Notes under the pieces: model-generated
Told to the model about the DNA's origin: nothing
What the model saw: the letters and a program-made list of their open reading frames with translations, nothing else
Database searches by the model: none
In this document: positions 7,899 to 13,195 of the stretch, one piece after another
Layout of the letters: each line of letters opens with the position of its first letter
How positions within the stretch are numbered: position 1 is the stretch's first letter
Program-made: the position numbers and the translations under genes
NCBI RefSeq assembly: GCF_030389965.1
Contig: NZ_CP128399.1
Coordinates: 2,670,799-2,702,798 of the forward strand
DNA: 32,000 bases
Origin: Candidatus Chlorohelix allophototropha
GTDB lineage: Bacteria > Chloroflexota > Chloroflexia > Chloroheliales > Chloroheliaceae
Direction: 5' to 3'

Positions 7899-9373
7899 TT
7901 GAACTCCAACTCCTTATCCTGAGTGTAGTTCAAACCCAGCTTTAGCGCAATTTCCGCTTTCTGCAACTCGCGCCCCAAATAGCTGTAATGCTCTTCCAGC
8001 GAAGCCAATTTTTCGTGGGCAATCAATAGGCAAAGCTGACGGGCAGTTTTCCCCTCAAAATAATAGGGTGTATTACCTTCGATGGTGCTATGCTGCACCT
8101 TAATCAAACTCCGTTCGCGTTCAAGCTCGATGATAAAATAACCACGCGGGTCGCTACGCCAATCTAAGCGGCGTTTCTTGAAAGAGTCGATGGTATCGAG
8201 CGCGAATTTCCACTTATCGGCATAAATATGTGCCGAGTGTGAAATGATGGTAAGCGCACCAAGCCTCAAGCCCGTGTCGTCCGCGATTTCCTTTTGCAGT
8301 TTGCGCAAGGCATAGGTATTTTGTGCCCACGCGGTGTAAATATCGTGACTACGGAAACGGGCGGTCATATAAAGTGCGCCATCCTGTACCCCTGCCGAAA
8401 CTTCCAGCAAACAGGGCGGGTTATCACCCACGCTATCCTGTTCGACATCCCACGTCACCGCCACGGCGCGGCGGGTATGGTGCGCCTCGCGCAAACGCTC
8501 TTTCATCCGCGCAATTTGGTCGTGACCTTCCTCACCGAATGAACGCAGCCGTTCTCCATAGGTATAGGCTATTCCGGGTTCTTTCTCCGCGCTCAGGATT
8601 TTGGGATAGTAATTTTCTAGTTCGGCGCGACTAAAAGGCAAGTAATCAGCCCAAACGATGTCATCAGGGTTTTCATCGGTGATTACCGCTACCGTATTGT
8701 AAATCTCGCGCTGTTGCTGAGAATACTCAGTAGGCTTGATTTGCCCGAAGCGCATCACCAATTGCATTACTTCCAGCCATGTTTCGGCAACAGTTTCGCC
8801 CTGTACCCGAAATCCGGTGCGTTCGCTGGGTAGCGCCTTGCCGCCTTCTGGGGCAAGTTCGGGGAAAGTGCGAGGTTCGGCAAAAGGAGGAAGCGTAGCC
8901 AACTTAGCCAGTTCTAGCTTGATTTGCTCGGCAATTGCTTCGGGGTTTTTAGGATAGCCTTTAGCCGGACGCAAGTCAATGAGTTGCACCTGTTGGCGCA
9001 ATTCCTCCCACGCTTCGAGGGGAATACCTTCATCCAGTTTAGCCTGTGTGCCGGGAATAGTATGGTTCGCGCCAAGCCCTTTGGCAAAAAAGCTTGCCAA
9101 CGCTTCCCCGGTAGAGGATTGGTCAGCGCCACAAAGTATAAGGTAGCGTATTTGGGGAAACATGAAGATATTACGCGCCATCAGGTTGATACCCGCAAAG
9201 CTGTAAAGGTTGGCGCAGATGAAATAATCCGCAGTATCCAGTTTTTGGGCTATCAGATGACGCTGAGTCCAGAGGGTGCAAATGCCCACATTAGATTCAG
9301 GGTTGCCGATTTGGAGGTCTTTATAACTTATAAGATCGGTCAAATTATAAGTTGCGCCAAGTTCTGCGGTCAT
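7895..9373 (-). CDS. Fusion protein: N-terminal MtrA-like domain + C-terminal thymidylate-synthase (ThyA)-fold domain
   Basis: C-terminal ThyA catalytic signature is conserved: 'RRAVAVTWD', 'NPPCLLEVS' (nucleophile Cys), 'RFRSHDIYTAWAQNTYAL' (R-S-x-D plus Asn), 'HSAHIYADKW' (H..Y). The N-terminal 'VGICTLWTQ...ANLYSFAGINLMARNIFMFPQIRYLILCGADQSSTGEALASFFAKGL' follows the MtrA-like pattern (..TL.. / ..N..IR.lilcG.. / G.aL..l..nG). ATG at 9373. Confidence 0.7.
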   Translation of the reverse strand: MTAELGATYNLTDLISYKDLQIGNPESNVGICTLWTQRHLIAQKLDTADYFICANLYSFAGINLMARNIFMFPQIRYLILCGADQSSTGEALASFFAKGLGANHTIPGTQAKLDEGIPLEAWEELRQQVQLIDLRPAKGYPKNPEAIAEQIKLELAKLATLPPFAEPRTFPELAPEGGKALPSERTGFRVQGETVAETWLEVMQLVMRFGQIKPTEYSQQQREIYNTVAVITDENPDDIVWADYLPFSRAELENYYPKILSAEKEPGIAYTYGERLRSFGEEGHDQIARMKERLREAHHTRRAVAVTWDVEQDSVGDNPPCLLEVSAGVQDGALYMTARFRSHDIYTAWAQNTYALRKLQKEIADDTGLRLGALTIISHSAHIYADKWKFALDTIDSFKKRRLDWRSDPRGYFIIELERERSLIKVQHSTIEGNTPYYFEGKTARQLCLLIAHEKLASLEEHYSYLGRELQKAEIALKLGLNYTQDKELEFN

Positions 9374-9376
9374 TTA
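9292..9376 (-). repeat. Direct-repeat copy A (functional 5' end of the ThyA-like gene), left boundary of the AT-rich islet
   Basis: Aligns without gaps to 12506..12590, with about 71/85 identical positions by hand count. Blocks are identical at both ends: 'tagattcag' and 'tctgcggtcattta'. Weaker similarity continues through the RBS to ~9388 / ~12603. Confidence 0.85.
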
Positions 9377-9395
9377 TTGCTATCCCAAAGCTTTG

Positions 9396-10463
9396 TTAAT
9401 TATATTTTGTAGTTGGAAGATGAGGACCAATATATCCAATTATAATTTTACTTTCTGTAGTGGTTTGATATGGATAAAAATGCAATCTCCAAGCATTTTG
9501 TGGGAGTGAACAATGCCATTCAAACGTTCTAGTTTGACCATCGGGACAAACAAAAGTTCGTTTAGACGCATATTCTGCATTATTCATTGTAGACTCGCTT
9601 TCCTTTCGAGGTTCTCCACTTACTTGTGAAAAATCAAATGATCCTCGAGTCCGAGTACATGCTACCCTTTCAAGCTCTAATAATCGTTTTTTTATTGATC
9701 CAACCAGCTGATTTCCGTTAAGTAAGCCTTTTAGAGCATTACCAACTGAATCACAAAAATCTAATGATGGGAAAAATTCGTGTATGTTATCCCATAAATC
9801 TTTACCGTTATTAATCTTATCCAGCCGTTCAGCTTGTTCGGATGGAAGGTCGGTAGGTGAGAAAATTAGTGGGAATTTTTCCCGGATAATTTTGTCTGTA
9901 GGTAATTGTATATTTGGATCGATGGTTTCAATTTCTACCTCTATGTCAAGATGAGTAGAAACAGAAGTTAATTTTAATGTTGCTATATTTAATCCTATAC
10001 CAAAACTATGTTGGTGAAATTTACAGGCTGTTGCAGTTGTTAATAACTCACCAATTCGCTTTTTATTTTCTTCAAGAATTTGTCTAAAAATAAATTCATT
10101 TGGCAAAATTTCAATTGTTTTATGTATGGCTAAATGCCCTAAGGCATCAAATTTATTTTCTATGTCACCAATAATGGACTCTTCATCATTATTTTTATCC
10201 CTAAAAAACTGATTCAATTTTTGTGTAATCGATATAATTCTTTTGCTATTAATCCCATATCTTCTAAAATCTTCAAACATAGGGAATTTTTGATTATTTA
10301 TAAGATTGTATGTACATTTCGTGGAATGGAACCATTTATATGGCGAATTTGTGGCTTCAATAAGCCATGCCTCAAGAGCATCTACCCATTCTTCAACTGT
10401 AATTTTTTCAGCAGTATCAGAGGGTAATGTCAAAATATGAGGGTCAATAAGAAAACTTATCAA
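9396..10463 (-). CDS. Hypothetical protein, partner of the islet ATPase; candidate effector, no domain recognised
   Basis: 355-aa ORF with AT-rich codon usage matching the ATPase gene. Its TTG start overlaps the ATPase TGA stop (TTGA at 10460-10463). The next in-frame Met is codon 62. C-terminal motif: 'CPDGQTRTFEWHCSLPQNAWRLHFYPYQTTTESKIIIGYIGPHLPT'. I could find no HNH, TOPRIM (E..DxD) or clear PD-(D/E)xK motif. Confidence 0.7.
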   Translation of the reverse strand: MISFLIDPHILTLPSDTAEKITVEEWVDALEAWLIEATNSPYKWFHSTKCTYNLINNQKFPMFEDFRRYGINSKRIISITQKLNQFFRDKNNDEESIIGDIENKFDALGHLAIHKTIEILPNEFIFRQILEENKKRIGELLTTATACKFHQHSFGIGLNIATLKLTSVSTHLDIEVEIETIDPNIQLPTDKIIREKFPLIFSPTDLPSEQAERLDKINNGKDLWDNIHEFFPSLDFCDSVGNALKGLLNGNQLVGSIKKRLLELERVACTRTRGSFDFSQVSGEPRKESESTMNNAEYASKRTFVCPDGQTRTFEWHCSLPQNAWRLHFYPYQTTTESKIIIGYIGPHLPTTKYN

Positions 10464-12334
10464 GACCTACCCTCCACTCGACTAATAATACTCTCTGATG
10501 TAATGATGCTTTCTTGAATTAAGGTTTCATCAAAGAACCCTTCAGGCCAGTTTTCGATAGCGCCATCTGATGAAATTTGGATTTTTTCAAAAGTGGTAGA
10601 GCCTGAGTCATCTTGCTTGGCAAAATATATAACGCAGTCACTTTTTTCCTGACCACCCGCTTGGACAATATGTAAACGAAGTTGGTTAATTAGGTTTTCA
10701 CTATGAGTTTCAACCAAACATTGTTTGCCACACTTAACCAATCCCACTAGAAAATCTCCTAATCTTGATTGTACTCTAGGATGCAAGTGGAGTTCCGGTT
10801 GTTCTACAATTAATAGTGTTCCTTTTGGGGCTAATAAACCCATTACCAGAATTGGGAGTATTTGGCTTACACCTACGCCAACTGCAGTTAGAGGCAAAGG
10901 GGCATTACCTTGCTTTGGAATAATTTGCCAAATTACGCCAGTTTGTCCTGCAACCTCAATTTGGACGCGCTCTCCGACATTTAAATACTTAACCCAATTA
11001 TCCAATGCATTTTTTAATTTATCCTTGTTTATATGTGATTCATAAGGATTATAATACTCTACAAAGTTATTTTGATTCGTATCATAAACATAGGCTGCAT
11101 ATTCTCCTCTGATACCAACATCATCAACTTCACTGCTTGGAGAAAATCTTTGCGCAGCTTGGGGATCTGCACGTAATGGACCTAAATAGCGAATTCGTCG
11201 TGTGAAATATTTGGCGATGTAATCTGATATTCGCTGCCATACTTCTAATTCAGGATTTTCAAAGGAAATTATTTCAATTCCCTCATCACTGCTATTAGGA
11301 AGTTCTTCATGTTTTAAGTATTCTTCGGTTATTAACGCTAGTATTAATCTATAGGCTGAAATAGTATTCCTTCTAAGGTGTAAGAGTTGTATTTTTTGGA
11401 GCCACTTGAATAAATCAAGTAATTTATCTCCTTCAAAGGAGGGGCTTATTTCAAGTTTATTCAACAAATCAAAGAAGTTTTGTTTGAAGTCTGAATCAAG
11501 CTCGATATCTTGAATCTCTTTATTTAAGGCAGTTGATCGCGTTGTTTTAGGAAAAGAAGTCATTTCTCTTAAATTCACTCTTCTCTCGAATAAATCAGAA
11601 AAGTATCTTTCATACTCTCTTTTTTTACGTTCTACCAACGAGTATTTTCCATAAAATCTTCTCGGGATAAAATGAGAAAGAGAAACTAAATATTCTTTCT
11701 TTTGTCCACCTTTATCAACTTTTACGAAGTAAGTTTTGTCGTCATCACCAAACAAGGATTTATAAATATTGTCTGGGATAACATTCGAAAAAAAAGTTCC
11801 CCTTAGTGTTTGATCCATTTCGGCAATATTTAATTGGTGCAGATTTTTAGGATTATTTTCTTCCGGGAAAAGCTCCATTTGATATAGCAACGATCTAGTT
11901 TCTAATTTTATAGATTTAAGAGATATTTTTGAAGCTTGATCACTTGAAACAGTTTGTTTATTTGGGATTAAACCACTAAATTTAGCGGAAACCTTTACAG
12001 TATCATTCAATGATTCTCTGGGTTTTCGCGAGGGAGCTCGGTCTATTGGTACTATTTGATCTAAATCCAATTCAAAATCAAGCTCGATAGTTTTATTTCT
12101 TGATTTGTTTTTTAATATATCCTTAAATTGACCAAGTTGAAGAAATAATCCATTAATTATCAACGGGCGATCAGCAATTGGGTTACTCAGTGTTTGAGCA
12201 ACCATCAAGATTGACTGTAGAATACTACTTTTCCCTGAGCTATTCTGTCCCGATAGCACAGTAAGCCCTGCTAATTCAAGCTCACCTGAGTCATCTATTG
12301 GTTTAAAACGTTTTATTCTCCACATCTTTAGCAT
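10460..12334 (-). CDS. ABC/SMC-type (AAA_15/AAA_21-like) ATPase with a ~440-aa insert and a C-terminal 'WPEGFF' module
   Basis: Walker A 'GQNSSGKSS' (aa 29-37, nt 12224..12250). Signature-like 'GVGVSQILPIL'. Walker B/D-loop 'LLIVEQPELHLHP' (aa 507-519, nt 10778..10816). H-loop 'ETHSE'. C-terminal 'ENWPEGFFDE'. ATG at 12334 with AAGGCAGG upstream. Confidence 0.85.
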   Translation of the reverse strand: MLKMWRIKRFKPIDDSGELELAGLTVLSGQNSSGKSSILQSILMVAQTLSNPIADRPLIINGLFLQLGQFKDILKNKSRNKTIELDFELDLDQIVPIDRAPSRKPRESLNDTVKVSAKFSGLIPNKQTVSSDQASKISLKSIKLETRSLLYQMELFPEENNPKNLHQLNIAEMDQTLRGTFFSNVIPDNIYKSLFGDDDKTYFVKVDKGGQKKEYLVSLSHFIPRRFYGKYSLVERKKREYERYFSDLFERRVNLREMTSFPKTTRSTALNKEIQDIELDSDFKQNFFDLLNKLEISPSFEGDKLLDLFKWLQKIQLLHLRRNTISAYRLILALITEEYLKHEELPNSSDEGIEIISFENPELEVWQRISDYIAKYFTRRIRYLGPLRADPQAAQRFSPSSEVDDVGIRGEYAAYVYDTNQNNFVEYYNPYESHINKDKLKNALDNWVKYLNVGERVQIEVAGQTGVIWQIIPKQGNAPLPLTAVGVGVSQILPILVMGLLAPKGTLLIVEQPELHLHPRVQSRLGDFLVGLVKCGKQCLVETHSENLINQLRLHIVQAGGQEKSDCVIYFAKQDDSGSTTFEKIQISSDGAIENWPEGFFDETLIQESIITSESIISRVEGRS

Positions 12335-12425
12335 AAATCAACCTGCCTTACTTGTTATAAATTATAAAAATTTCTTAACATTTGGATTTTTCAGTGCAAA
12401 AATAAGTTTAGAGCAATTCTGAAAA

Positions 12426-12587
12426 CTAGAGCGCAAAGAAGGTTAAATAAGTCGCGTTTGTAACAAGCAAGTCATTACAATGTAAATATTCACTTCCAAA
12501 TTTTGTAGATTCAGAACTGCCGATTTGTAGGTCTTTAAAACTGATAAGGTCGGTAATGTTAAAAGCTGCGTCAAGCTCTGCGGTCAT
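12426..12587 (-). pseudogene. Relic 5' fragment of the ThyA-like gene, stranded behind the ancestral RBS and promoter
   Basis: ATG 12587 is preceded by a strong SD (GGGAGG). It encodes MTAELDAAFNITDLISFKDLQIGSSES, which matches 20/27 residues of MTAELGATYNLTDLISYKDLQIGNPES at the start of the intact gene. The frame then runs into islet DNA and stops at a TAG (12426-12428), 53 codons in total. Confidence 0.75.
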
Positions 12588-12590
12588 TTA
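12506..12590 (-). repeat. Direct-repeat copy B (relic gene 5' end), right boundary of the AT-rich islet
   Basis: See copy A. The repeats are in the same orientation and 3214 bp apart start to start. Confidence 0.85.
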
Positions 12591-12612
12591 TAACTACCTC
12601 CCTGAAAACGAC

Positions 12613-12687
12613 TAATCCACAAATTTGTGTGGTTATCCACAACTGCTAGGCACAAGGCATTAAAAAATTACTATATATTGTGGATAA
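12613..12687. promoter_or_regulatory. Cluster of DnaA-box 9-mers
   Basis: TAATCCACA (12613-12621, one mismatch), TTATCCACA (12633-12641, perfect) and TGTGGATAA (12679-12687, perfect on the minus strand), read against the TTATCCACA consensus. An AT-rich tract (aaaaaattactatatatt) lies between the boxes. Confidence 0.55.
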
Positions 12688-12742
12688 CTTAGAAGGTCTA
12701 ACATGTTTTACCATAATGAGCGGGATATGTCAATATAATTCA

Positions 12743-12772
12743 GTGGGTAAACGGTGGGTAAATATATTTACC
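12743..12772 (+). promoter_or_regulatory. Tandem GTGGGTAAA repeats (11-bp phasing) overlapping a perfect 16-bp palindrome; candidate operator upstream of the paa-type promoter
   Basis: GTGGGTAAA at 12743-12751 and 12754-12762. GGTAAATATATTTACC at 12757-12772 is its own reverse complement. It lies ~20 bp upstream of the -35 element at 12791. Confidence 0.4.
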
Positions 12773-12790
12773 TGATTTTCAGGTTATACC

Positions 12791-12819
12791 TTGACAGCCC
12801 CCGCAACGGGGAACATAAT
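12791..12819 (+). promoter_or_regulatory. Sigma70-like promoter for the PaaX-like/paaK operon
   Basis: TTGACA (12791-12796), a 17-nt spacer, then CATAAT (12814-12819). The -35 hexamer coincides with the TTG 'start' of track ORF 12791..13177, which argues against that long form. Confidence 0.5.
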
Positions 12820-12907
12820 ATGCTACAGAATTTTCACTATCGTGCAAATTTCGTTGTATGTTGTGAGAAAAGACTCAAGCAGCTATATTTGCTCTGAGGT
12901 AGTACAA

Positions 12908-13177
12908 ATGCTCCCGCGTTCAATGTTCTTTACGCTTTACGGGGTTTATATCCGGCATTTTGGTGAAGAAATCCGCATGGGCAGCCTGATAAGATTGCTG
13001 GCAAAGGATTGGCGCGGCGGTGAAGCTTTTGACCTTTTCCGGCGCTATGACGGTTTGTTAGCTGAAGGAGCAGGACGTTATTTTTATCGGCTTTATACGC
13101 CTGATGTTTCAGCCGCCCTCGATGAAAAAGCTATTAGAGGGTTACGCGCTCAGCTTGACCCTTTCAGCGTTAGTTGA
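12908..13177 (+). CDS. Small PaaX-N-terminal-like winged-helix protein (~89 aa); may be a truncated PaaX remnant
   Basis: 'SMFFTLYGVYIRHFGEEIRMGSLIRLLA...GRYFYRL' parallels the PaaX N-terminal pattern (S.LYGD....GGEIW.GSL..LL....GR.S.Y.L). ATG 12908 has a GAGGT SD ~7 nt upstream. The ~200-aa PaaX C-terminal domain is absent. Confidence 0.45.
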   Translation: MLPRSMFFTLYGVYIRHFGEEIRMGSLIRLLAKDWRGGEAFDLFRRYDGLLAEGAGRYFYRLYTPDVSAALDEKAIRGLRAQLDPFSVS

Positions 13178-13195
13178 AAATATGACAAAAGTGAG

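Larger units (their letters stand above)
9377..12505 (-). mobile_element. AT-rich inserted genomic islet (two cargo genes, no recognisable integrase or transposase)
   Basis: Sharp composition shift. Hand-counted 60-nt lines inside give ~27% and ~35% GC, versus ~58% in a line of the adjacent ThyA-like gene. The islet is bounded by direct repeats A and B, which duplicate the host gene's 5' end. Confidence 0.6.

Noticed and set aside
9396-10463. HEPN-type Rx4-6H motif ('RTFEWH') and a 'D-I-E-N-K' string as possible RNase or PD-(D/E)xK nuclease active sites in the 355-aa protein.
   Set aside because: These are single short matches in the wrong apparent context. 'RTFEWH' sits in a likely beta-strand region rather than a helical HEPN core. 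In 'DIENK' the D and ExK lie adjacent instead of being separated by a strand. Neither is sufficient to call a domain.
9377-12505. Classical IS element, transposon or integrase-bearing island.
   Set aside because: Neither ORF has a DDE/DEDD transposase signature or a tyrosine/serine recombinase signature. I found no terminal inverted repeats and no tRNA or tmRNA target. The flanking repeats are 85 bp and ~16% diverged, unlike a short perfect target-site duplication. I therefore call it an islet of uncertain mobilisation mechanism.
12600-12790. Chromosomal replication origin (oriC), suggested by the DnaA-box cluster and an AT-rich tract.
   Set aside because: There are only three good boxes plus two degenerate ones. 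I could identify no repeated 13-mer-type unwinding element, and dnaA, dnaN and gidA are not nearby. The region lies between two ordinary promoters. I kept it as a DnaA-regulated or DnaA-titrating site instead. Whole-genome GC skew would be decisive.
12791-12907. Long form of track ORF 12791..13177 (128 aa, TTG start).
   Set aside because: The TTG is the first half of a TTGACA -35 hexamer. The first 39 codons are low-complexity and AT-rich with no similarity to anything. PaaX-like similarity begins at the internal ATG 12908, which has its own GAGGT SD.
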